A DNA stretch of 42,512 nt from assembly GCA_045650425.1 (NCBI GenBank), contig JAZRRD010000019.1:1-42512 (forward strand), in the 5' to 3' direction. Of the stretch, positions 26,484-36,521 are shown piece by piece (the first letter of the stretch is position 1; each line of letters starts with the position of its first letter). This DNA is from Bacilli bacterium (lineage in GTDB: Bacteria; Bacillota_I; Bacilli_A; RF39; UBA660). A program made the position numbers and the translations under genes. The notes under the pieces were generated by a model. That model did not search any database, was not told the origin of the DNA, and was given only the letters and a program-made list of their open reading frames with translations.

Positions 26484-28706
26484 ATGGCAAAGCGGAAAAG
26501 CAAAAAAAATTCTGATGCGAAAGCATCTGGTTATAGTGTAGAACTAACAGGGTTATTATTAGTTTTAATTGGTTTTATTGGATTTGGATTTGGTATAGTT
26601 GGTTCATTGATAAAAAAATTTGCAATGTTTTTAGTAGGCATTTGGTGGATGTTGCTACTTTTATTTGTAATTTTAATTGGACTTTACATGCTAATAAAAA
26701 GACGTCTTCCAAAATTTATTTCAGCTAGATTAATTGGACTTTATGTAGTATTTGGCGTTATATTAGTTGCTAGTCATTTTGGCTTTATAAATAATTGTGA
26801 AACTCCTAAAGATATAATTACTATAACATTAAATCAATACATGGAACGAATTGATACAATAAGTTCTAGTACTGCTCTTTTAACATCTGGTACCTCTACA
26901 ATTGAAATTGGCGGAGGAATGATTGGTGCATCTTTAAGTACAGGATTATCTCTTTTATTTGGAGATACAGGAACAAAAATTATAACGATAGGTATGCTTT
27001 TATTCGGATTTATCCTATTATTTGATATTAAGTTAGATACTTTACTTTCTAGCTGGAGAAATAAATTAAGATTACCAAAAAGAACAAAAAAAGAACCTGA
27101 ACTTACTGAAAGAAAATTTAATGTTGATACCTTAGAATATGAAAAAGAAGAAAAACCAAAAGAAGATAAGATTGTAATTACAAGCGTTGAAGAATTAAAA
27201 ATAAATAACAACAAAGAAACATTAGATGACGATCATCCAAAAACTTTACAAGATGAACAAGAATATATTTTACCTTCACTAACATTATTAGATAATCCAA
27301 TATTAAATAAAAAGAACAATTCTAATGATTTTACAAAATCTAGTAAAGAATTGTTAGAAAATGTTCTAAGTGATTTTGGCATAAGCGGAAAAGTTGTTGC
27401 TATCCATATTGGCCCTGCAGTAACCCAATATGAATTAGTTGTTCCAAATGGTACAAAAGTAAGTAAAATTTTGAGTATAAATAAAGAAATTGCTCTAGCA
27501 TTAGCTGCTAAAGATGTTCGTATTCAGGCTCCTATTCCGGGGAAAAACACAATTGGTATAGAAATTCCTAATCCTCAAATAAGCATGGTTAAAGTTAAAG
27601 AAATACTGGGCGCAGATTTTAAAGGAAAAGATGGCAAAATAGTTGCAGCTTTAGGTAAAGATATTATGGGAACACCTAAAGTTATGGATATCGCTAAAAC
27701 CCCTCACCTTTTAATTGCCGGAGCTACAGGTAGTGGTAAATCAGTTTGTATTAATACAATCTTAGCTTCCATTTTAATGAGATATCGCCCTAACGAAGTT
27801 AAATTAGTATTAGTCGATCCTAAGAAAGTTGAGCTTTCAAATTACAACGGTGTCCCTCATTTAATGACCCCAGTAGTAACAGATCCTAAAAAAGCTTCCA
27901 TTGCTCTACAAAAAATAGTTGGAGAGATGGAAAGACGTTATAATAAATTTGAAGAAACCGGCGTAAAAAATATTACCACATATAATGAAATGATTCAAAA
28001 AGGTAATAAAAAACATCCTGAAAGAATTGACCCAATAATGCCATACATTGTTGTTATTATAGATGAACTTGCAGACTTAATGTTAGTAGCATCTAAAGAA
28101 GTTGAAGATTCAATTATGCGAATTACCCAAATGGCTAGGGCTGCTGGTATTCATTTAATTGTTGCAACTCAAAGACCTTCGACAGATGTTATTACCGGTG
28201 TTGTAAAAAGTAATATCCCTTCTCGTATTTCGTTTGCTGTATCAAGTAACATTGATTCACGTACTATCTTAGACATGGGAGGCGCCGAAAAATTACTTGG
28301 TAAAGGTGACATGTTATATTTACCAATGGGAGAAAATTCTCCAATCAGAATTCAAGGCTGCTATATATCAGATGATGAAATTAAAAGAATTATTGATTAT
28401 TGTGTAAGCGCTCAAAAAGCAAAATATGATGACACATTATTTAGCCAAGATGTTTCTAATAACGGATATGGCAAAAATAATGAACCTGAAGAATACGATG
28501 ATCCTATGTACAATGAAGTTGTAGAGTTTGCTATTCAAACAGGAAAAATAAGTGCTTCTTTACTTCAAAGAAGATTTAGATTCGGTTATAATAGAGCCGC
28601 TCGTATCGTAGACTTACTCGAAGAAAGAGGTATTATTGGACCAGCTACTGGAACAAGCAAACCAAGGGAAGTTTTAGTTAAATTAAAAGAAGATGAAAAC
28701 GAATAA
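26484..28706 (+). CDS. ftsK: DNA translocase FtsK/SpoIIIE
   Basis: N-terminal TMs, PHLLIAGATGSGKS, IIDELADLM, ATQRPS, gamma domain LQRRFRFGYNRAAR. Confidence 0.97.
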   Translation: MAKRKSKKNSDAKASGYSVELTGLLLVLIGFIGFGFGIVGSLIKKFAMFLVGIWWMLLLLFVILIGLYMLIKRRLPKFISARLIGLYVVFGVILVASHFGFINNCETPKDIITITLNQYMERIDTISSSTALLTSGTSTIEIGGGMIGASLSTGLSLLFGDTGTKIITIGMLLFGFILLFDIKLDTLLSSWRNKLRLPKRTKKEPELTERKFNVDTLEYEKEEKPKEDKIVITSVEELKINNNKETLDDDHPKTLQDEQEYILPSLTLLDNPILNKKNNSNDFTKSSKELLENVLSDFGISGKVVAIHIGPAVTQYELVVPNGTKVSKILSINKEIALALAAKDVRIQAPIPGKNTIGIEIPNPQISMVKVKEILGADFKGKDGKIVAALGKDIMGTPKVMDIAKTPHLLIAGATGSGKSVCINTILASILMRYRPNEVKLVLVDPKKVELSNYNGVPHLMTPVVTDPKKASIALQKIVGEMERRYNKFEETGVKNITTYNEMIQKGNKKHPERIDPIMPYIVVIIDELADLMLVASKEVEDSIMRITQMARAAGIHLIVATQRPSTDVITGVVKSNIPSRISFAVSSNIDSRTILDMGGAEKLLGKGDMLYLPMGENSPIRIQGCYISDDEIKRIIDYCVSAQKAKYDDTLFSQDVSNNGYGKNNEPEEYDDPMYNEVVEFAIQTGKISASLLQRRFRFGYNRAARIVDLLEERGIIGPATGTSKPREVLVKLKEDENE

Positions 28707-28717
28707 AATACACATTA

Positions 28718-30820
28718 TTACATGTGTATTTTTTGAACTAATAAATCCTTTAACTTTTTTAAACCTAAAGTTTGATAATCAGATTTTCTAATAAAATTAT
28801 TATAATCACTTTCTAATACATTATGTCTTTTCAAAAACATTTTAACTCCACTCTCATCAATAGAATTAAATTTTATCGTTTTACCAATATCATATGTATT
28901 ACTATCAGTTAAAAACTCATTTCCTATAAATCCTATATTATTTTTATTATCAGTTTGAATAGTCACTATAAACAAAGTATTTAAACAAGAAACACATTCT
29001 CCATTCCCATTTAAAAACTTGCCTTTTTCAGTTATATTTTTAACAAAACGTTTAACGTTTTCAGTAGCTAAATCATAATTTTCAAAAACAACTACGGAAA
29101 ACGAATTATCATTTAAAGGTTTTAATATATAGTCTTCTCCAAATCCAACATATCCTGCACTTGTACCAATTAATTTATTTATCGAGATTTCATTATCTAA
29201 TTCCTTTAAATCTATATTTAAGACCGGATATTTTTTATCATAAACTTCTGAGATAATTTTTGCCGTTAATTTTTTTCCGACACCTGTCGGTCCTTGAAAA
29301 CAAAGCGTTAAAGGACGTTCTTGCATCATATTATAATAATTTTTTAAAGATTTAATAATTTCATCTACAACTTGATTCTGACCAATTAATTCTTTATATA
29401 ACTTTTTTTCTATAAGATTAATGTTTTTTAATTGATTATCTTTTGAAGGAATATTTATCTTATTACTAATAATTTTTAATATATCGTCTTTCGATATTTC
29501 AAAACTAACTTTTTGTTTTATTTTTTTAAATATTTTATCTTCTTGAATTTTTAAGTTAATTGCTCTTTTAAAATCGTTTTGCTTGATTGCTATCTCTTTT
29601 TCTTTTTTTATATTTTCTATATCATGATTATCTTTTTGATTAATATATTTTTCATAATTTTTTAAATTTACATAAGCACAAACAGTATCTAATAAATCAA
29701 TAGACTTATCTGGATTATATTTATTTAATATATATTTTTCGCTTAAGTTAATTATATCATCTAAATTGTTATCAGTGATTTTAACATGATGATAATCTTC
29801 ATACTCTTTTTTTATACCTTTTAAAATATTTTTTACTTCTTCTTTGTTAGGTTCCACAATTAAAACTTTTTCAAATCTTCGTGCTAATGCTTTATCCTTT
29901 AAAATGGATTTTTCATATTCTTTTGGAGTTGTTGCACCGATACACTTTATTTGCCCTCTTGCTAAATAAGGTTTTAGAATATCCGCAGCATTAATTGCAC
30001 CTTCTGCTCCACCTGCATTAACAATCGTATGTATTTCATCAATAAATAAAATTATATTTTCGTCTTCTTTTAATTCATTAATAATTTTAGTCAGCTTTTC
30101 TTCAAACTCTCCTCGATATTTAGTCCCTGCCACTAAACTTCCCATTTCTAGCATAATAATTTTTTTATTTTCTAAATAAATAGGAACTTGTTTTAAAACT
30201 ATTCTTCTTGCTAATTCTTCTACTAAAGCCGTTTTACCAACTCCTGCTTCTCCAATTAAAATAGGATTATTTTTCTTTTTTCTTAGAATTATTTCTATAA
30301 TTTGCTGAATCTGTTCATCTCTACATAAAATTGATTCTTTTAAATTTACTGAATCATTTAAATTTATACCTATTTCCTTTAGACAAGAAATTACCTTTTT
30401 ATTACTAGTTGTAAAATCCTTATGTAATAAATCAATATCAATATTCATTGAAATAAGCATTCTAAAAGCTATACCCTCAGCTTCTTCTAACATAGCTAAT
30501 ATATAATGTACAGGAAGTATTTTTCCATTATTATTTTCGGTAGCATCTACAAGAGCATTAGCTATAATTCTTTTTAAAAGAGGTGTATATAAATTAATTT
30601 CCAGATTTTTATTCGAAGAGCCAACAATTTTTATCAGCTCACTTTTAAATTTATTATAACTTAAACCATGTTTTAAAAATATATTTTTTATATCGTCGCA
30701 ATTCTTTAATAAACTTAATAATAAATGTTCACTTCCTACATAAGGATGTTTTAGATTTTCACGTTCTTTTTCGGCATCTTTTAGAAGTTTACATCCTTCA
30801 AAATTAAAATTATTAAACAT
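28718..30820 (-). CDS. ClpC-like AAA+ ATPase with degenerate second ATPase domain
   Basis: Clp-N, D1 [25 protein letters not shown]-like M domain; D2 GPTGVGKK and VVVFENYD are non-canonical. Confidence 0.85.
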   Translation of the reverse strand: MFNNFNFEGCKLLKDAEKERENLKHPYVGSEHLLLSLLKNCDDIKNIFLKHGLSYNKFKSELIKIVGSSNKNLEINLYTPLLKRIIANALVDATENNNGKILPVHYILAMLEEAEGIAFRMLISMNIDIDLLHKDFTTSNKKVISCLKEIGINLNDSVNLKESILCRDEQIQQIIEIILRKKKNNPILIGEAGVGKTALVEELARRIVLKQVPIYLENKKIIMLEMGSLVAGTKYRGEFEEKLTKIINELKEDENIILFIDEIHTIVNAGGAEGAINAADILKPYLARGQIKCIGATTPKEYEKSILKDKALARRFEKVLIVEPNKEEVKNILKGIKKEYEDYHHVKITDNNLDDIINLSEKYILNKYNPDKSIDLLDTVCAYVNLKNYEKYINQKDNHDIENIKKEKEIAIKQNDFKRAINLKIQEDKIFKKIKQKVSFEISKDDILKIISNKINIPSKDNQLKNINLIEKKLYKELIGQNQVVDEIIKSLKNYYNMMQERPLTLCFQGPTGVGKKLTAKIISEVYDKKYPVLNIDLKELDNEISINKLIGTSAGYVGFGEDYILKPLNDNSFSVVVFENYDLATENVKRFVKNITEKGKFLNGNGECVSCLNTLFIVTIQTDNKNNIGFIGNEFLTDSNTYDIGKTIKFNSIDESGVKMFLKRHNVLESDYNNFIRKSDYQTLGLKKLKDLLVQKIHM

Positions 30821-30875
30821 AAATCCTCCCTTATAAATCTATGTTTATAATGAGAAAAGTAAAATTATTTTATTC

Positions 30876-30900
30876 AAAAAGAAGTCTTTATTTTGACTTC
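30876..30900 (-). terminator. recA terminator
   Basis: GAAGTC-aaaataaa-GACTTC-TTTTT. Confidence 0.7.
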
Positions 30901-31904
30901 TAATTTTTTTTAAAACCTAATTCTTCTCTTATTTTTAATTCCAATTCTTGTTTTAGTTCAGGATTTTCTTTTAATAACTGTTTAACGTTTTCTTTGCCTT
31001 GACCTAACTTTTCACCATTATAAGCATACCATGCACCACTTTTGTCAATTATGTTCATTTCTGCAGCTAAGTCTATAATTTCACCTTCACGACTAATTCC
31101 TTCACCATACATAATTTCTACATTAGCCGTCTTAAATGGAGGAGCCACTTTATTTTTTACGACTTTTATTGTAGTCTTATTTCCCATTACATTATCCCCA
31201 TTTTTTATTTGTTCAGCTCTTCTAATATCCAAACGAATTGTTGAATAAAATTTCAATGCTCTTCCACCTGGTGTAGTCTCAGGATTACCAAACATTATAC
31301 CCACTTTTTCACGCAATTGATTAATAAATATAGCAGTAGTTTTAGTTTTATTTATAGTTCCAGATAATTTTCTTAAAGCTTGACTCATCAATCTAGCTTG
31401 TAATCCCACATGACTATCTCCCATTTCTCCATCAATTTCTGCTTGAGGAACTAAAGCTGCTACAGAATCGATTACAATTATATTTACCACTTCACTTCTA
31501 ACTAAAGCTTCACAAATTTCTAAAGCTTGCTCTCCAGTATCTGGTTGAGATAATAAAAGTTCATTAATATTAACTCCTAATTTTTTAGCATAAACAGGAT
31601 CTAAAGCATGTTCCGCATCAATAAAAGCTGCTCTTCCCCCTTCTTTTTGAACTTCAGCTATTGCCTGTAACGCAACCGTAGTCTTTCCTGAAGATTCTGG
31701 GCCATAAATCTCTATTATACGTCCCTTAGGAAAACCTCCAACTCCTAAAGCTTTATCTAACATTAATGACCCAGAAGAAGTAACATCAATATTAACATGA
31801 GAATCTTCTCCTAATTTCATTATTGCACCATTACCAAATTGTTTTTGAATATCAGCTAATACTTGTTCCAATGCCTTATCTTTATTTTTTTCTTCTTTTG
31901 CCAT
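30900..31904 (-). CDS. recA: Recombinase RecA
   Basis: [35 protein letters not shown]. Confidence 0.99.
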   Translation of the reverse strand: MAKEEKNKDKALEQVLADIQKQFGNGAIMKLGEDSHVNIDVTSSGSLMLDKALGVGGFPKGRIIEIYGPESSGKTTVALQAIAEVQKEGGRAAFIDAEHALDPVYAKKLGVNINELLLSQPDTGEQALEICEALVRSEVVNIIVIDSVAALVPQAEIDGEMGDSHVGLQARLMSQALRKLSGTINKTKTTAIFINQLREKVGIMFGNPETTPGGRALKFYSTIRLDIRRAEQIKNGDNVMGNKTTIKVVKNKVAPPFKTANVEIMYGEGISREGEIIDLAAEMNIIDKSGAWYAYNGEKLGQGKENVKQLLKENPELKQELELKIREELGFKKN

Positions 31905-31936
31905 TTTATAGCCTCCTAAATTTCTAATACAACTTA

Positions 31937-31988
31937 ATTGTATTATATTAATAGATGTTTGTCAACATATTTTTCAAACGTTTGTTTG
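31937..31988 (-). promoter_or_regulatory. recA promoter with LexA (Cheo)-like box
   Basis: TTGACA-17-TACAAT (31965-31937); CAAAC-GTTT-GTTTG at 31975-31988 resembles CGAAC-N4-GTTCG. Confidence 0.65.
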
Positions 31989-32001
31989 GTATGTGAATTT
32001 T

Positions 32002-32040
32002 AAAAAAAATAACGTTTTTGCTTAACAAAAATGTTATTTT
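32002..32040 (-). terminator. pgsA terminator
   Basis: AAAATAACATTTTTG-ttaag-CAAAAACGTTATTTT plus T-run. Confidence 0.7.
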
Positions 32041-32046
32041 GAAGAT

Positions 32047-32655
32047 TTATTTACTACTAACTTTTTCTTTTGGCAATAAAAATTCCTTTGAATTATAAAC
32101 ATATTGACTACCTGAAACAACAGATAACACTGTTGCAATAATAATTAATACTTCATCTATTTTAATAGGAATCAGTTCAAACGGTAAATTACTAAACATT
32201 GCTAGAGTCATACCTATCATCATACACATTGTTTTAGCTTTACCTAAAAAGCTAGCTGCTACAACTTTACCTTTGCTTCCAGATATCATCTTACATGAAT
32301 CTACAACTATATCACGAGTAATTATTATAACCGGAACTATTACAGGGATAACTTTATTGTAAGCTAAAATAATTAATAAACCATTAACTAAAACTTTATC
32401 AGCTATAGCATCCATTACTTTACCAAAATCTGTAACCATATTTCTACTTCTAGCTATATGACCATCAATAAAATCTGTAACTGAAGCAATAACAAACATT
32501 ACACCAGTAATAATATAAAGTAAACTTATTTTGACATTTCCTAATAAATATACTGGAAAATAAATTCCTAACTCATGCCAAGGAATAATAAGCATAATAA
32601 TTATTAAAATTGCTAAAACAATTCTTCCTAAAGTTATTTTATTTGGCAAATTCAT
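32047..32655 (-). CDS. pgsA: CDP-diacylglycerol--glycerol-3-phosphate 3-phosphatidyltransferase
   Basis: MNLPNKIT, TDFIDGHIAR...TDFGKVMDAIADK. Confidence 0.96.
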   Translation of the reverse strand: MNLPNKITLGRIVLAILIIIMLIIPWHELGIYFPVYLLGNVKISLLYIITGVMFVIASVTDFIDGHIARSRNMVTDFGKVMDAIADKVLVNGLLIILAYNKVIPVIVPVIIITRDIVVDSCKMISGSKGKVVAASFLGKAKTMCMMIGMTLAMFSNLPFELIPIKIDEVLIIIATVLSVVSGSQYVYNSKEFLLPKEKVSSK

Positions 32656-32665
32656 AATATCCTCC

Positions 32666-33136
32666 TTAATCGATATAACTGATAGTAGTCGCTACATTTT
32701 TATCTACTGTAATCTGCTTAACAGACCATATAATTGTTAATATAACTAAAATAAAAATTACTAAATATATAAGAATAAAATATTTTTGTGATTTTTTAGA
32801 TTCTTTTGTATAAGGAGAAACCACTTTTGTAATTTCTTTTTCTTCTTTCACTTGTTCTTTAACTGCTTTTTCAATTTCCTTTACCGGGATTTTAGAAGTA
32901 TATTCAAACAAGTATTCATTAAAATTATTAATTATTTTATTTTCATCTAACCCCAAATATTTTGCATAATCACTTAAATATTCTTTTAATTCAAAAATAT
33001 CTTTGAAAGCTCCTATTTTACCAGATTCAATATTTTCTAAAATTATATCTTTTATTTCTAAATCTTTACTGGCTTCTAAAATAGAAATACCAGAATCCTC
33101 TCTTGTAGATTTCAGTAAATCACCAATTTCATCCAA
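32666..33136 (-). CDS. rodZ: RodZ/YmfM-like HTH-TM protein, short
   Basis: IGDLLKSTRE...IESG...YAKYLGLD plus C-terminal TM; upstream of pgsA; TTG start with AAGGAG RBS. Confidence 0.75.
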   Translation of the reverse strand: MDEIGDLLKSTREDSGISILEASKDLEIKDIILENIESGKIGAFKDIFELKEYLSDYAKYLGLDENKIINNFNEYLFEYTSKIPVKEIEKAVKEQVKEEKEITKVVSPYTKESKKSQKYFILIYLVIFILVILTIIWSVKQITVDKNVATTISYID

Positions 33137-33163
33137 GACTTTTCACTCCTTTAAAATCAAAAA

Positions 33164-33513
33164 AATAATATCTCATAAGCCATGTTCCGTCCTTCATATG
33201 AAGGGACAAATATTTATCTACCATTGCTGGTCCCCTACTTTGTTCAAATTCCATTGTAGAAGCTCCCCTACCAAAATTTGGGTTTCTCGCTCGTGGGGTT
33301 TACCACGTTCCACTATCAAAGTTTCCCTTGATACTCGTCTCTTTGGCACTTTTATATCTAATTTAACCAGTTAAGGTTATTTCAAAGCCGTTAGTTATAA
33401 ACTACCTTAGGTTATTTTTTCCCTAAGCACGAACACTACAATCATCGCAGATTGTGCGAGCATGGACTTTCCTCTACATAATAAATTTATGCAGCATTTG
33501 TCTCAATATTATT
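33164..33513 (-). ncRNA. rnpB: RNase P RNA, type B
   Basis: GAGGAAAGTCCATGCTCGC, GAAAGTGCCA-like AAAAGTGCCA, GGTAAACCCC and GAACATGGCTTAT; P1 aataatat/atattatt; follows gpsB as in Bacilli. Ends are approximate. Confidence 0.93.
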
Positions 33514-33844
33514 CCTCTTTACCATAAACAATTTTTTCAAGTTGACTAATTCGACGTAATAAATCAACATTATTTATACTTCTAGTTTGAACACTAGGAG
33601 TTTCTTCTGCTGCTTCAATCGTCGTTCTAAGTCTACGTATTTCTTGTTTTAGTTTTACGTTATCTTCTGTAAGGTCTTTTATCTCTTTTTCTTTATTTTT
33701 GATAATTGAAATAAATTCTGTGTAATCACGTATAACCATATCTAAATATTTATCAACTTCTTGAGGACGATAACCTCTTGCATCCACTTTAAATTCCTTA
33801 TCTAATATCTCTTGTGGCGTTAAATAAATTTTATCACTATACAT
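33509..33844 (-). CDS. gpsB: Cell division regulator GpsB (DivIVA domain)
   Basis: LTPQEILDKEF...RGY...EVDKYLD and C-terminal NVDLLRRISQLEKIVYG; promoter TTGACA-17-TATAAT at 33896-33868. Confidence 0.92.
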   Translation of the reverse strand: MYSDKIYLTPQEILDKEFKVDARGYRPQEVDKYLDMVIRDYTEFISIIKNKEKEIKDLTEDNVKLKQEIRRLRTTIEAAEETPSVQTRSINNVDLLRRISQLEKIVYGKEE

Positions 33845-33924
33845 GTCGTCACCTTCTTACGTTTTTAATTATATAAATTTTGTCCTATTTTGTCAATATA
33901 TCAAACTCAAACAATAATGTTAAT

Positions 33925-35626
33925 TTAACCCAATTTATTTACTTCATATACATCAATTGGCATCAAGAATTTAACTTGTTCAAATAACTTATCATTAGGC
34001 TCCACTCCATCTAAAATTGGCAAATCAAATTGTTTATAAACATCATATAAAAGCGCTTGAGCCTCACGAACAGAATCTTCTATGACCTCTTTCAATCGTT
34101 TATTACCCATACTTGATTCACCTAAAAACCTTTTAGCTAATTCAGCTTCTTTAGCCATTTTATATAACAAATCATAATCAATAGTACCATCATCATTTAC
34201 TTTTCCCATACCAAATCTAATGTACTTTTTATCATCTATACCAATAATTTGAGCATTAGCGGCAATTGAAAATTGATTAGTATCAAAACTTGCACTTAAC
34301 AAAACAACCGGATCTTGACGATCATACCCAGCCATCTGTTGAGACACCTGAATTTCTGATTCCTTCGGAAATTTAACATTTATATAAAACGAATGAAAAC
34401 CTTTATCTAAAATATATTCTGAAAATACCCCTACTAAATTTCTCTGAACTCTACTCTTAGCACTAGTATATCTTAATGCTCTTCCATCAGAATCAGTCAT
34501 TTTATTTAAATCATCTATAAGAAAGTAACTTTCTGCATAATAATGTGGAGTCTCATCATAAGCTTCAAAAACTTGATAACCATAAGTGCCTTTTTTTGTT
34601 AAAGTTACTATCGTTCTTTCTCCATTGCTATCTGTAACATCTTTAATAATTTCACCTTGAGAAATATTCTTTACCATATCATTGGCACTTACCCATGCAT
34701 AATCTATAAATTCTTCTCTTTTATTATCAAATATCTTAGGTTCTTTCTTTACTTGATTTTCTTCTACCATTTTTACAAATTCGTTCTTAACCATTTCAAC
34801 ACCAGTAAAACCAATATCATTAGCATTAATCATATAATTATTTTGTTTAACAACACTTTGATTTATTATTTCATTAACTTTATCTAAATCTAACATGTTA
34901 TCTATAAAAATATCATCACAACTTCGATCGGTTTTTAAATACATTTCTAAAATATCACTTTGAATTGTTTTAACTCTAATCTTATCACTTTCTTCATTCC
35001 CATTAATAAAATTTCCTTTTAATATACCGCTAGTAGCAGCTATATTTTTTATAAAACTAAATTCATCTAAATCAGGGTTTATATTTTTTAAAGTCGAAAC
35101 AAAATTTTGAAAATCATTTGATGAATAAAATTTTATCAAGTTTTCCAGCCCAATTACGATTCCCAATTGAGTAGCAATATTAGTTTCAAACGAATAAGCA
35201 TCTGATTTTTTACGTAATAAAATATTTACAATATATTGTGTAATACCTTCGTTTAGAGCAACAAAATAAGAATTTATCCCATCTTTTCTCTGATTTAATC
35301 CTTCATATATAATTCCATTCACAATTTTAGAAGTAAGTGCATGCACAAACTCATGTAAAAATGTTTCTAATAGTTCATCTTCCGATACGATATAATTTTC
35401 AAATTTAGTTAATAATTTAATTGTATTAGTACGAGCAACATATTCCCCAGCAAAATTAGTTTTTTTTTAATACTCTTCAGGCATTTCAATTATATTTAAA
35501 TCTTTTAAATTAATATCATTAATAATAAATGTTGGAAAGATTTCTTCAATTAAATCCACAAAATATAAATACCCTTTATCTGTACCAAACTTTTTTATTT
35601 ATTATATTATTTAATATAGTCTCCAT
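33925..35626 (-). pseudogene. Disrupted zincin (HExxH) metallopeptidase-like gene
   Basis: AGGTGA RBS plus ATG 35626; frameshift in A6 (35591-35596); in-frame TAA (35467-35469); then an open frame with FLHEFVHALT...ALNEGITQY. Confidence 0.75.
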
Positions 35627-35725
35627 TAAATAAATCACCTATAATTATTCTAACATTTATAATAAAAAAACGAATATCCAAGTGATAATTTTACATTTTT
35701 TTACATGAAATATGTATTAAAAAAA

Positions 35726-35833
35726 TCAAGATTCTTTATTATCTTGATCCTCTAAAATTCTATCCATCAAATTTAAATTCGCTAACGTAAGTGATTTAAT
35801 CATCTCATCAAAGTAAATTTCTAATCTAACCAT
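35726..35833 (-). CDS. 35-aa small protein (MVRLEIYFDEMIKSLTLANLNLMDRILEDQDNKES)
   Basis: GAGGTGA RBS; TTGAAA-16-TAAAAT promoter with TG; terminator hairpin ATCAAGAT/ATCTTGAT plus T-run over the 3' end. Confidence 0.6.
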   Translation of the reverse strand: MVRLEIYFDEMIKSLTLANLNLMDRILEDQDNKES

Positions 35834-35883
35834 ATTACTCACCTCATTATTATTTTAACAGTAATTGTTTTGTTTTCAATTAA

Positions 35884-35890
35884 TTCGACA
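35884..35890 (-). promoter_or_regulatory. Putative Spo0A box
   Basis: TGTCGAA (- strand) in the divergent sORF/recU intergenic region. Confidence 0.35.
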
Positions 35891-35972
35891 TTAAATAACA
35901 TTATATGTCAACAACAAAACAAAGGTAGAAAAAAAAATACAAATATAGTATAATTATTAAAGGTGATTGTAA

Positions 35973-36521
35973 GTGAATTATCCGAATAAAATAAAAAAAA
36001 ATAATCATAAATTAATTACTTATGACAACCGAGGAATGGATTTAGAAAATTTAATAAATAAAACAAATGAATATTACTTAGATAAAAATAGAGCTTTAAT
36101 ATACAAAAAGCCTACCCCAATAGGAATTATCGAAGGTAATTATAAAAAAATAACTAATGCTTACTTTAAGGCACCATCAACATTAGATTACAATGGATTA
36201 TACAAAGGAAATTATATAGAATTTGAAGCAAAAGAAACAAAAAATAAAACTTCATTTCCTTTACAAAATATCCACGATCATCAAATAATTCATATAAGAA
36301 AAGTAATTGAACACAAGGGAATTTGTTTTATTATAATTATGATGAACGGATTATATTATTTATTAAACGGGAATGATTTTATAGAATATATTGATACTCA
36401 CAATCGTAAAAGCATAGAATATCAATTTATTGTGGAAAAAGCATATTTATTAAAAGAAGATTATTATGGTTTAAATTATTTAGATATTGTAGATGAATTT
36501 ATAAAGGAGAGTTTAAAATGA
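35973..36521 (+). CDS. recU: Holliday junction resolvase RecU
   Basis: NRGMDLE, KKPTP, STLDYNGLYKG.YIEFEAKET, HDHQ. Confidence 0.96.
   Translation: MNYPNKIKKNNHKLITYDNRGMDLENLINKTNEYYLDKNRALIYKKPTPIGIIEGNYKKITNAYFKAPSTLDYNGLYKGNYIEFEAKETKNKTSFPLQNIHDHQIIHIRKVIEHKGICFIIIMMNGLYYLLNGNDFIEYIDTHNRKSIEYQFIVEKAYLLKEDYYGLNYLDIVDEFIKESLK

Noticed and set aside
33003-33374. 123-aa + strand ORF
   Set aside because: Antisense to rodZ and rnpB; no RBS.
35467-35469. Stop-codon reassignment or readthrough
   Set aside because: TAA is the dominant genuine stop here, TGA also terminates genes (recU), and a separate frameshift exists upstream.
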